A stretch of DNA of 64,000 nucleotides. It comes from Octopus vulgaris (taxonomy: Eukaryota). Below the pieces are notes generated by a model. It was not told the origin of the DNA. It ran no database searches and saw nothing but the letters and a program-made list of their open reading frames with translations. Every line of letters starts with the position of its first letter. Positions within the stretch are counted from its first letter, which is position 1. This document shows, piece after piece, positions 10,730 through 23,924 of the stretch. Location: positions 132,990,001-133,054,000 of the forward strand of contig OX597815.1 in NCBI GenBank assembly GCA_951406725.2, read 5' to 3'. The translations under genes and the position numbers were made by a program.

Positions 10730-13395
10730 ACACCACCCACACACACCCACCCACCTACCTCCCACCCACCTACCTCCCACCCACCTACCTCCCACACGCC
10801 TGTTCACACACACACATACGTAGACCCATCTGCGTACATACATTCACACATTTAATCACACACACTTACACACACACATACATACATACACACACGCATA
10901 CATACTTACACACACACACACACACACACAGACATACATACACACATACACACACACATACCTACGCACATACATACACACACACTCACACACACACACC
11001 GCACGTACATACTTCACACACACACATGCACACATACATGTAGGCACATACATACATACATACCCACACATGCACACCCGTAAACTGAATGCACACACAC
11101 ATACACCTTTTTGCATCCAGGCAGCCCCCCCCTCTTTTCTGCTTTCCGGTTTTGGCTGATGGATCCTCGGTTCCCGCGTAGCGGGGCGTTCGAGGGCCTT
11201 TGCGCTCGCGCGCCTTGGCGCGCGCTGGGGGCTCGGTCGGCCCCTTTGGGCTTGCGTTGCACTGCTTGTGCGCTGTGTGCGTGAGCGCGCTTCGTGTGTG
11301 TGGGCTTGCTTCGGATGTGCGCATGCGCATGTTTGCATACATACCCACACACTCGCATGCATCCCTACCCACATACATACACGCACACCTACTCACACAC
11401 ACACATACACACACACACATACCCGCACACACACACACATACATACATACACACACATACCCACTTCAGACATACACACACACAGACATACACCCATACA
11501 CCGACACTCACACGCATACACACACACACATACACACGCACACGTACACATACACACACACACACACCTACATACATACATTACACTTGTATACACACAC
11601 ACTTACATTCATACACACACACACCTACACAGCCATACCCTCACTCAGACACACACATCTACCTACACTCACACACAAACACACACTGACACACACCCAT
11701 ACATACATACATCTACACACTCACGCCTACACACATACATACACACATACATAAACACACACACATACACATACACACACATACGCACACACGCATATAC
11801 TTATACACATGCACACACACACACATATATACATACACCCATATACATACACACACACATACCTACATACTCCTATACGCACATACATACACACAGACAT
11901 ACACACATACACACTCACACAAACATACACACACACATACTTACACACACACTCACCTGCACGCACACACACATGCATGACAAACACCCATACACTCACA
12001 CTCACATACGCACACACCAACATAAACACGCACACGCACACACACACGCACATACATACACACACGCACGCATACACACGCATACACACATACATTACAC
12101 ACGTACACACACACCTACATACACATGCATACACACACACACACACAAACATGCACGGACACACCCAGACATACATACATACACCTATATACACACGCCC
12201 ACACACCTACATACACACACATATACACACGCCCACACAGCTACATACACACACATACATACACACATACACGGACACACCCATACATACTTACATACAT
12301 ACACCTATACACACACGCCTACACACCTACACACACACATGCATACACACACACATGTACGCACATACACACACATATACGCACACACATATATACCCAC
12401 ACACATGCACACACACACACATACGCACATACATGCACGCATGCACACGCGCACACCTACACGCATACACACACACACACGCACGTACACATACATACAT
12501 ACACACACGCATACATACACCCATACACATACATGCATCCTACACACACATACATACACACTCACACATACATACACACACACGCACTCACTCACACACC
12601 TGTATGTTCGCGCACACACATGCACATACACACACTTCCCCACACCCACACGTACATACATACACACTCATACACATACACACACACACACACACACGGA
12701 CATACATCTATGCACACACATATATACACACATACTCACATACATTCATCGGACACACTGCCACCCAGACATACACACAGACACACTCACACATCCACAC
12801 ACACACATACGTACGCGCACACTCGCAGGCGCGCGCACACACGCGCTTGCGCCGGTTCGCGCACGCATGCGCGCCGCATGCACCTCGCCCTTGGACCCGA
12901 CGAGACCTCCCGCCCGTTCCTGGGATGTCGCTTGTCGTTGGGTTTTCCCACGCCCGTCTCCGCGGGACCACTCTTCCATCTTCCCCTCCGCTGGAGTCTT
13001 TTTCCTAACCCCCCCCCCTTTTTTCGTTACACACACGCGCACACATATACACACATTGCTTAAACATATACATTACTCTTACACACATTCAATCTACTCG
13101 CCACTAATACTACCACGACACTGGACACACACACACACTACCACTCAACACACGCTGGCACGCTACATACGCCCCCACCCCTTCCCCTCCCTCCCTTCCT
13201 CCTTCCTCCCTTTTCTCACTACTGACCTTTGTCTGCTATGCTGCTGCTATGCTGACCACCGTCTCGCCCTACCTCACACGCCTACACACAGACGCACACA
13301 CTAACACATACATATATTTTTTGTTTTTTTTACCTCGCCTCACACACACACATACACACACGCACACGCACACACTCACACATACACACACATCT
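10730..13395 (+). repeat. Degenerate (CA)/(CATA) low-complexity tract with GC-rich islands
   Basis: Directly visible; it is the source of the His/Thr-rich and Val/Cys-rich spurious ORFs. Confidence 0.95.
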
Positions 13396-13561
13396 GTTGC
13401 GTTACCAACCTTGTCTCCACTCTTTTGCCTTTAAAAACCCACTTTGCTCTTGTTATCGTAAACATCCGCCTTTCAGCATGTGCTACTCCTAACACCAGTC
13501 GTTTTTTCTCTATCTCCGTTGCCCGCTCCGGGATCTTTCTTTCCTCTCTCTTCCTTCTTTA

Positions 13562-13598
13562 TGTTTCCGACGAAGAGCTCCGCTCGAAACGTCATACC
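13562..13598 (+). ncRNA. Minimal hammerhead-like motif (U4C) at the PLE 3' end
   Basis: GTTT-CCGACGA-A-GAGC TCC GCTC-GAAA-CG-TC-ATAC; ACGT palindrome; stem I has one mismatch. Confidence 0.65.
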
Positions 13599-13681
13599 TC
13601 CCTGCTTCCATTTCCTGAGCGCCTATTAATAATAATACTGTAATTGTTCCATTGTTGTTGTTTTTTTGTTTCCCGTTTGGA

Positions 13682-13714
<33 letters not shown>

Positions 13715-14549
13715 CATATATATACATATATATATATATATATCATATGGTTTATATATATGTGTGTGTGTGTGTTTTTCTCAAAATTTGTGTATTCACA
13801 GGAACATTCAGATTCAAATTTTTGCTGACAACACTGATAGACGTTTTCTGTATCAACGCATGTTCATTCTCTGGTCTCGCTAATTTTCAAATCATGTATC
13901 GGAATAACTTAACATCAACAGGTGTAACATAATAAGAAGATATCCAATGTACGTCGTATCCTATTTACAATAAATCCACAGGAAACATGGTGATAATAGT
14001 AGAATGTCCTCGAACTTGTTATGAGAAACAAAAAGCTATTACAGTTATACATATAGTTTTGAAAATCCAAAGTCATGTGTCAAATAGTGAAAAAGTTATT
14101 AGCAAAAAATCTTTAAAACAAATTTACTGAAAGTTATAAAATTTAAGACTAGCTTAAGGTGACCCGCTCTACGCGCAGGTGAGGTTGTTATTTTCTTTTG
14201 CTTCCTTTCTGTTTCTTATCGCCATATTCTACCTCTTTGTTTCTCTCTCCTTTCTCTCTCCCTTTCCCACTCTCTTACTCTTCCTTTCTCTTGGACTCTC
14301 CCTCGCTTTCTCTTGCTCTTTATCTTTCTCTGTCTATCTCTCTCCCATTTATAAAGAACAAAAGATCTTAAGTAAGTTGAGGAAGAAAATATTTTGAAAA
14401 CTTAATCATAAATATCAGGCAGTGACAACGGAAAGGTCTGCTTCAAGGCGGACAGCAAAACACTAACATTTAAAAGGGAAAGATGAATTTGCGAGCTGAA
14501 TAAAAATTTTAAAATATTGGAAACCAAAGTTTGAAGGGATAGAATCTCA

Positions 14550-14806
14550 GGATAGTAGACTCACCTTAGCTGGAATTTCTTAACGACGGACAGCAACGTA
14601 CTGGCAGTTTAACGGCTGGCGCAAAATTTTGAACTTAATGTAAAAGAAAATTCCTAAACACCAAGTTTTGAAGTGATACTTTCTCACGAAAGTAGACTCA
14701 CCATGGCAGGCATTCAAAACTTCTTCATGATGGACGGCAACACATTGACGATTTAAAGGCTGCCGCAAATTGTTTAGCTTGATGTAACAGAGAATTCCTA
14801 AACACC
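14550..14806. repeat. Tandem duplication, ~140-bp unit x2
   Basis: AGTAGACTCACC..GACGG..GCAAC..GGCTG.CGCAAA..AATTCCTAAACACC occurs twice. Confidence 0.75.
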
Positions 14807-15063
14807 CGCTCCAGTAAATTTTAATCCCCTTTCAGCTCCATTTAGACCTCTTTTCACATTTTGGTTAATATAACCCGATTTCATTCGGGTCTACTCGGGC
14901 CACATTTTAAAATATGAGGTATTTTGTCCTAGAGATCACGCCTTTCATTTGAGGAAAAAAATAGTTGCCATGCAAATTCGCCAGCACTTTTAACATAGGT
15001 GTGCATATTTTCAGCTCAACCGACCACATAATACACACATTATATATATATATATATTTAATG

Positions 15064-15107
<44 letters not shown>

Positions 15108-15246
15108 ATGTACATATATACGCATTATATATATGTGTGTGTGTGTACGCATTATATATACAAATGTATACAAATTATATATATATATATAGATATAAAT
15201 ACAGATATATGCACTTTGTATATATACATTATATATACATATTTAT

Positions 15247-15286
<40 letters not shown>

Positions 15287-15319
15287 AATTAACCCAATAA
15301 ATATCTGATTCATAATATT

Positions 15320-15780
15320 TGTTCTCATGATTGCGTGGTGGTTGTGGTGATAATAATTATCTCTATGAATGCCGACAAACCTTTAGAAAGAGAGACAGAG
15401 ACAGAGAGGTAGGGGAAAGAATGACAGAACTGGCGAAGGTGGCGGGGTAAAGATAGTAGAAGCTGCCAAACGTCGTTATAGATCGAATGTGGAGGGAAGG
15501 GAAGGAAGACAGGCAGATATGCGAAACAGAGAAACGACAATTTCTAATGATTGTTCTCATGATTGCGTGGTGGTTGTGGCGATAATAACTCTCTCTATGA
15601 ATGCAGACAGACGTAGAGAAAGAGGATGAGGGAGAAAAAATGACAGAACTGGTGAAGGTGGCGGGGTAAAGATAGTAGAAGTTGTCAAACGTCGTTATAG
15701 AGAGAAAGTGAAGGGAAGGGAGGAAAGAGAGAGAGACGGAGGAAGACAGGCAGATAAGAGAAAGGGAGAAACGACATACA
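15320..15780. repeat. Tandem duplication, ~230-bp unit x2
   Basis: TGTTCTCATGATTGCGTGGTGGTTGTGG..ATGACAGAACTGG.GAAGGTGGCGGGGTAAAGATAGTAGAAG occurs twice. Confidence 0.9.
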
Positions 15781-16024
15781 CTTGTCAAAGTGATGGTTTT
15801 TTTGCCCTAGTAACCACAGCTTTTGAGATAGGGATTTGTAACCTAGCCCACTCACATCCTAGCCTCTTTTTACATGTCACTGTAAATTTTGGTGCAAATC
15901 CGACGGGATCTACTGCCCTTTAACCCGTTCCAATGCCAAAACCAGACAAACAAACAAACTTTTCGCATTTCAGATTTATAGATATTGATGAGAAATCAAA
16001 GACGAGTTTAGAATATAGCGTATG

Positions 16025-16207
16025 AGTGGGTGTGTGGTAAGTAGCTTGCTTACGAATCACATGGTTCCGGGTTCAGTCCCACTGCATGGCACCCTGGGCA
16101 AGTGTCTTCTACTATAGTCTCGGGCTGACCAAAGCTTTGTGAGTGGATCTGGTAGACGGAAACTAAAAGAAGTCCGTCGTATATATATATGTGTATACAT
16201 ATATATA

Positions 16208-16238
<31 letters not shown>

Positions 16239-16463
16239 ATGTATGTATGTATGTGTGTATATGTTTGTGTGTCTGTGTTTGTCCTCCCAACATCGCTTGA
16301 CAACCAGTGCTGGTGTGGTTACGTCCTCGTAACTTAGCGGTTCGGCGAAAGAGACCGATAGAATAAGTAGTAGGCTTACAAAGAATAAGTCCTGGGGTCG
16401 ATTTGCTCGACTAAAGGTGGTGCAACAGTCAAATGACTGAAGCAAGTAAAAGAGTAAAAGAGT
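16025..16463 (+). mobile_element. Near full-length CORE-type SINE with internal microsatellite
   Basis: tRNA-like head, ACCCTGGGCAAGT, internal TA/TG tract, body, and (AAAAGAGT)n tail. Confidence 0.85.
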
Positions 16464-18641
16464 AATACATATTTTGTTTCCGATTCAGGAAGGCAAAGGG
16501 CACGATGATGTAAGCTAAATTAGATTGTTTTGAAGAAATATTGAAACACCTACAGATTTTCTTCGCGTCAGTCCTTTTCCAAAGATTCATTTGGAAATAC
16601 GAAACATATGTAATAAATTTCCATGTTTTACTTTTCTAGATAATCCTTAGTGATTAGTAACGGAAATAATGCACGAGTCCACATGTGCATTAATTGGAAA
16701 GCTTCGGATTAATATTTTTCCGATGGAAAATGATTTATATACTTTCGGATATCGAAATTGAATACTTTGAATAAACACACACACACACACAGATATACGC
16801 ACACATACACATATTCTCACACGCACAGACACACACAGACACAGACACACAGACACAAAGACACACAGACATGCGCGCGCGCACAAACACGAACGAACAT
16901 ACGTACGAATGTACACACACACGAGCGCAACAAGTGCATAGTTCATTATATATAACAATTATATAAGAATATGTAAAAAAAAATGGGAGAGAGAGACATG
17001 GGCAGAAACCCTATGTACAAAAACACAGTTAATCCGACGAATTGATATTACCGGTTTGTAACCTCGAATGTTTCCAAAGATAGTTAAAGGGTTTAGAAAA
17101 CAGACATTATCCTCCCTTCCATAGCAACAGAAGATAGCCTAATGCAAAACAGTCCATTGTTGTATATGACATTGTCAGTTTATATCTGACATGTTACTTC
17201 CATTCGCGGCATTGAAATCAAGCACTCTCTTGGGAGAAAACGTACAGGAAGAAAGAGAATATGTATATAAAGTGTAAATCCATGGCTAGTAATGTATGTC
17301 TCCAGAAACATTTCTCGATGTAGCAAATATTATTATACGCCTATTGAATATTATAAAACCACATCCTATTTCGTTTTCGTTTTTTCTATGTCCTCACATC
17401 TCCCGTGCTTATAAAATAACTATAAACAAATACATCATGTTGAATAGCTCCTTCAAACGTCTAAAATCTAATAGGTTTAGATCAGGAATATGACAGTATG
17501 ATCAATATCGCTTTGATTTGCGAAACTACACAAAATGGTAAACTTGTCATCTTGATGACAGCTAAACATTTCAGATTAAAAGTGCGAATACATAACAAGA
17601 TTTTTTAACATCCCACTTAAACTTCTCCTTCTCAGTCCTATTCACCTTTTATTGATTTCTTGCTTCCACAATAACAGACAACATTTTTGACTGAATAAAA
17701 TGGGATTATGAAAGCAGATAATTATTCTCGAAAATATTTAATGTGTGAATTAATCGGCTTTAATAAGGAATCGATCACTACTATCATACTAATTGCTACC
17801 TTTTTTTTGCATTTTGATAAAATATTTTTAATAAACATTAATTAGCTTCGTTTCTTAAGGATAACGTATCCCTCCCTCTATATGTATTGGGGGTCCTGTA
17901 AGGGTTCTATTCTAAAAATGAAAAGGAAACTACAGGAACTCATTCTGTAGCTTACGGTCGGGATATTTTTGCAGATGTAATGGATGGCAGGCGTTATGTA
18001 AGCTATGTGGCTTCAACAGACCTTCAATATACCAGAGCTTATCAGTGTATTTCTGTTTTGTCGTTGCAATGTTTCTTCCTCAACAAAGTGGCAACCACAT
18101 GTAATTGTTTTAAAACATCACAGGAGTTTTCTACCTAAATATTCTTTCCTCTCTAGAGGCTTAATAATATAATTCTGTCCTCTCTGAAAATCAGCAAAGA
18201 GTAGGTGTTTCTTTTTCGAAACACGAAGGTTTGTTTTCAAAAGTTATTTGCATCTCGTAAAATATGCCTACCAATTTGCAGACTAAATTCTGTATGATAT
18301 TTAGTTGTTGAATAGATTCTTTTTTAATGCAATATAATTTTCAGTTGGGTTTATGTAAAAGAAAAACTTTGAGGTGTTTCGATCTAAAACCTTGAAAAAA
18401 CCTGCTTTAAACAATACTATGATTGCCTACCCACTGAAGAGTCTTCCTGGATCTGTCATTTCCTAAAACTGAAGAAAGGCATTCTAGCAAATAAAGTAAT
18501 ATATTTTAATTAGTAAATGCCACTAATGTATTATCGAAATCTCGTTGTTGAAGTAGAACCGGTTTGAAATAAATGGATAAATAAATCTACAAGTGAAACC
18601 TGAAAGATACTACAAAACATACACACACACATACATATACT

Positions 18642-18702
<61 letters not shown>

Positions 18703-19335
18703 GTAGATACATACATACATACATACATACATACATACATACATACATACATACATACATACATACATACATAATTTTGAGATACATTTGGCAGATGGTT
18801 TGGAATATATCCTTAGTGTTGTTTCTGACGTCTCAGGCAATTACGGGGTTTCACCATTAGAACCCCTTGCCCATTTAAGCCACCCGGAGTTGATCGAGTT
18901 ACAACTTAAATCCCAGTAACACCAAAACCCTGGACTGTTCCCTTTATCCAAAGCCACCTAGTGACTTTCTCTGCAATTTCGCTGTTATTTAGGTCATAAA
19001 CGTGTTCTACTCTATATTTATTTGCCTGAATATTTCGATCTATTAAGCTTGTGTAATTGTTCTGCAAAGGACTTCTAACGCTGAAATATATGTCCACTGC
19101 TGTCCCATATTCTCCAGACAATTAGATTATCTTCTCCTTAATGGGATGTAAACTCTCAGAGAGTTCTTGTAACCTTCTCATTTGGTTCTAGGCTGGTACA
19201 ACTTACCTCTAAATAATAATTATTTCCTCTCTGGAAACGAAAATGATTCCAATAAATTGAGAATTCGTCATGACTGTTATTCAAAATAACCTTGCTTTCC
19301 TTTGTTGCGCGCACGCATGCGCATACACACACGCA

Positions 19336-19377
<42 letters not shown>

Positions 19378-20242
19378 CAAACAAATATGTATACGAGACA
19401 GAATCACAGTGAGTGAGATAGATATATTGCATGAACATATATGAAAAGGAAACAATGCTAAATAACGTCTGTTGAAACATGGAGTATTAAACATTTTAGG
19501 TCTCCTAAAATCTCCCTATACATTTCCGACGATACACAACAAAAGCCGTTATCGACGTTAACAAACAACAATAATAATATATGCAACCATTTTAGCAGCA
19601 GCACAGTATCATCAGCAAGTAGCATTTCTTTTGTGAACGTACTTGTTGTTCAAATGGATATAGTTTGACAGAAAAGAAAATAAACTCTACAGAATCAGTA
19701 GTCTATTGAAATTTTTCACAAGGCAAAAGATAAGAAAAATATTCTACAGACGAGTTTTATCATTTAACCTTTAGTTATCTTGACGGCAATATCATTAAGC
19801 TTTCTGAAGGTGAATACAAAACTTTTATGAAGCAGCTGTTTCTAAATTGTAACAGGAAAGTGTAAGTCAAAGATCACTGTATATCTTTTCCCCAGTCCCC
19901 ATCTACAGCATCCTATCACACCTAGTTTGTTGTAGTAAATTGATATTTTAATTTCATCTGTATCTGTTTCTAAATACTAACGCCAGACAGCAAATTTTCG
20001 TCTACGTTGAAATATCATCATGAACATATGTTATTTAGACTTTAAAGTTCATTAGATGTAAAAGGCAAAATAATTTCCGTTTAAGATAACTGAAAGTATT
20101 CGTAGGTGATGAGTAGCTCATCCTAAGAACGTAATGCATTGTTCGATCTTACCGAAGTCAAAATTATATTTCATCGATCCGGAGTTAATAAAATACGTAT
20201 ATATATGTATATATATATACATATATATATGTATATATATAT

Positions 20243-20304
20243 GCTGTGACCAGCGGTGTCAATTGGACGCCTGACGGACTGGTCGGTCAAAGTGATCAAA
20301 GTGA
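20243..20304 (+). mobile_element. Extreme 3' fragment of the RTE family at 5076-6448
   Basis: Near-identical to 6386-6448 and embedded in (TA)n. Confidence 0.85.
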
Positions 20305-20456
20305 TATATATGTATGCATATACGTATATATATGTATATACATGTATATATATATATGTATATATGTATATATGTATATATATGTATATATGTATATATA
20401 TATATATATACATATATATACATATATATATAAATATATACATATATATATATAAA

Positions 20457-20540
<84 letters not shown>

Positions 20541-20637
20541 TTTAAGCTCGTTTACGGGTAACGTTTTTAAGAACACGCATGAAATCTATGTTATTATGTG
20601 ACCTATGGCCCAGTGATTCCAACTGTGCCGATAACAA

Positions 20638-20714
20638 CAAGAAGAAGAAGAAGAAGAAGAAGAAGAAGAAGAAGAAGAAGAAGAAGAAGAAGAAGAAGAA
20701 GAAGAAGAAGAAGA
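20638..20714. repeat. (AAG)n microsatellite
   Basis: Directly visible. Confidence 0.95.
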
Positions 20715-20724
20715 ATGAAGGCAA

Positions 20725-21465
20725 TTCAACCTCAATCCAGCTATAGATACCCGGGAATTACTTAAGGCTGATAGAATTGAACACCACGACATAAAGGAAA
20801 TGACAAAAAGAGAGTACCTGCGGCGAATGAGAAAAATATTGACCTCAAAGCTGAATACCAGGAACGTAATTTCAGAAATAAACTCGCGTGCAGTCGCAGT
20901 AGTTAGGTATGGCGCTGGAGTCCTGAAGTGGACAGAGGGAGCTAGAGAGAGGTCAGACATTGTATGAGCACAGACCGCAAAGAGTAGCAGATTCGGAGAC
21001 TAGCAAAATCCTCTGGGATTTCCCAATCCAAACAGATCAGGTGCTAGAGCATAACAGACCGGACTAAGTGGTGGTGGACAAGATACACTACATGTGCTAT
21101 ATAGTTGATGTTGCATGCCCCTTTGACCCATAAATATTCAAGAAGTAAGGTGAAAAAATAGATAAATACAACACTCTTAAATACAAAATAGTCTGGCATT
21201 GGAAAATGAAGAATGTGAAGATGATGCCAATTATTGTTGTGTCCTTGGGGACAGTATCAGAAAGCATCAAGAGGAATATAAAGGAAATTGGAATAGAGTT
21301 CCAAGTACAACTGTTACAAAAGGTTTGCTTCCTTGGCATCGCCAAATTAATCAAGAGAGTATTAGCTGAAAAGAACGAATGGCATGGTATTGTAAGTTGT
21401 TGGTAGTAAGCTCACTACGCATGCAAGACTCCAGGAGCTCCAACAAAACCTGTGATAAAGAGAAA
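20725..21465 (+). mobile_element. RLE-type (R4/Dong-like) LINE fragment, internally deleted, ending at (TAA)n
   Basis: EYLRRMRKILTSKLN..RYGAGVLKW joined to ILWDFPIQTDQVLEHNRPD..IVDVACPFD..PIIVVSLG. Confidence 0.85.
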
Positions 21466-21489
21466 ATAATAATAATAATAATAATAATA

Positions 21490-21560
<71 letters not shown>

Positions 21561-21743
21561 GGTGGTGGTCATGATGATGATGATAATAATAATAATCCAG
21601 GTCTGGTATTCATAAATATTTTAATATATGAATAATTAATCTAATAATATTTTAAATATTTATGAATTGCATCCTTGGATTATTACAATCGAGAGAGAGA
21701 GTAATAATAATTATTATTATAATCTTTCCTTGGATTATTATTA

Positions 21744-21801
<58 letters not shown>

Positions 21802-21898
21802 GTGCATTTTTTCTTTCTTTCTTGAAATTTTCTTCCATTTCTCGCCGGGTGTTTTCCGTACACCTAGGGCAGAGATTACACACGCAAATTCACAGGTA

Positions 21899-21933
<35 letters not shown>

Positions 21934-21955
21934 TATTATTATTATTATTATTTTG
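21465..21955. repeat. (TAA)/(TGA)/(TGG)/(TTA) trinucleotide tracts
   Basis: Directly visible. Confidence 0.9.
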
Positions 21956-21989
21956 ATTATTATATGAAACCTCACAGCTTATTTTGCTC

Positions 21990-22533
21990 GGTATGATGGA
22001 AAGTGACAGCTGTCCACAGTCAAAGTGACACTTGTTAATTTGTCATGCTTCAAAAACCCTGCGAAGAATTCTTGCAGTTCCATACAATGCTGATTTTTTT
22101 AGGTGTTCTGCCTTCACACTTGCACCAGTCTTTTTCAGCCATGTTGGTAGCTGAATGCTGATACTTCCAAGTGCACCAATTACTATTGGTATCACGTCTA
22201 CTCTCTTCATTGACCATAACCTTCGTATTTCCTACTTTAAATCTTCGTAGTTGCATTTTTTTCTTCTTCTTTCACATTGATCCTGTTGTCACCGGAGCAT
22301 GCTACGTCGCGTATCATACATGTTCTTTCTTTTTTATTCACCACAACAATGTCCGGTTTCCTATGTCTGGTCGGGTGAACGCAATGGATGATTGCATCCT
22401 ACAAGATTTTTCAATTTTCATTTTCGCTAACTCCTTCTGAAGTTTGCCCATATCGCGTCTTTGTAGGCTGTGATTTCCACAGAGCTCCCAATGGATCATT
22501 GTTGTCACATTGTCATGGAGTCTTTTGTATTCA
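21990..22533 (-). mobile_element. RLE-type LINE 3' fragment
   Basis: Frameshifted translation: VVVNKKERTCMIRDVACSGD..LWSMKRVDVIPIVIGALG..GTARILRRVF. Confidence 0.8.
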
Positions 22534-22745
<212 letters not shown>

Positions 22746-23285
22746 CTATGTTTGACTTTTGCTTTATATTTGTACAAGTTGGCTCCAAGTCTCACCCAGA
22801 GACCTCAATAGACAACAGGTTGGAAGTTCATGTTGTTGTTATGCCCAGTGTGCCATATATTTGGTTTTGTATTTAGTGTTGTACTAGTGAATGTCTAAAA
22901 AAAAAAAACATACGAAAATTATGTTTGTTTTAAAACTTGAGATTACATAGAACGTATTTTGCGTAGGATATGAGCAGTTCCCATGAGCACTATCTTTTGA
23001 ATTTCTGCCATTTTAGGGTTTCCTGGTATCTGAGTTAGGTAGCAATCAGCCCCTTTTGCTATCATTCCCAGGGAACCTATGACAACAGGTATTGTTTTAG
23101 TCTTCAGGTTCCACATTTTGCTGATTTCTATTTCAAGATCTTTATATTTGCTCAGTTTTTGGTAGGTCTTGACTGATACGTTTATATCGATTGGGACAGT
23201 CATATCAATGAGGAGGCATTTTCTTTGTCTGAAGTCTTTCAATATGATGTCTGGCCTATTTGCATCTATCTTTCTATCAGTCTAT
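22746..23285 (-). mobile_element. RLE-type LINE 3' end (PD-(D/E)xK endonuclease + UTR) abutting (TAA)n
   Basis: ANRPDII..CLLIDMTVP..KLSKYKDL..PVVIGSLG..GTAHILRK (ORF 22943-23242). Confidence 0.9.
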
Positions 23286-23924
23286 CTGCTCGAGTCAAAT
23301 ACTACACACTAATCCAAACTGTTGTTAGAGTATCCGCATAAGTGAGGTCTAGACCGGATAGTTTGTACTGGCATCAAGTTGTAGAAGTTATAATAATGGA
23401 GTCAAACCAAATAGTGACATTTTGAAATTATTTAATACCTACATTTTAGGTTTGCGTGATATATCGTGATATATATAATAGGAAATGCATGCCTTACCTA
23501 AAACCTCCTCAGCTAAAGCATTTCAAACTATGAAGAAATTGATGGAAATATTTCATCATATATGTGGTTAGAGCAGTAAATCGGAAACACTTTATATACA
23601 AGTATATGCATATGCATACATGACGATATATAAGCATATAAGAAAGAGAGAGATGGTGAGAGACACAAACAGACAGACAGACACACTGACAGACACACAG
23701 ACATACAGGCAGACACACACACACACACACACAGAGGGGGAAAGAGAATCGAATTTAATGCAAAATTCTTTTCGACTGGGGACATTACTTTTCGCCTGAA
23801 TTCTCACTGAATAAACGATCAGATAAAGCTTAAATCCCAATGAAAACGAATTTCATTTTATCATATACACACATACAGTTATATGTGTGTGTGTGTTTTA
23901 TGTGAGCGAGTGTATGTATGTCAT

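Larger units (their letters stand above)
8671..13690 (+). mobile_element. C-rich Neptune-like Penelope element with ~3-kb CA-rich 3' region
   Basis: Bounded by (TA)n on both sides; uninterrupted ORF, long degenerate CA tract, terminal hammerhead-like motif. Whether the whole CA tract belongs to the element is inferred. Confidence 0.8.
14149..15988 (-). mobile_element. Non-autonomous Helitron with internal repeats
   Basis: Minus strand begins A|TCAATATCTATAAAT..GTTTGTTTGT and ends with hairpin ACCTGCGCGTAGAGCGGGT..CTAG|T. Confidence 0.7.

Noticed and set aside
10700-11340. Selenoprotein/SECIS idea for the PLE
   Set aside because: The ORF has no internal TGA and ends after a complete GIY-YIG domain; no convincing SECIS.
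11268-13304. 678-aa His/Thr-rich ORF and overlapping ORFs
   Set aside because: Translation of a CA-type repeat that rarely forms stop codons; open in several frames on both strands.
14550-15780. CRISPR-like repeats
   Set aside because: Plain tandem duplications without unique spacers, in a eukaryotic context.
17040-18620. ACCGGTTT motifs at ~17050 and ~18560 and a weak GIY-YIG-like peptide near 17510-17610
   Set aside because: Too degenerate; no intact core or convincing alignment.
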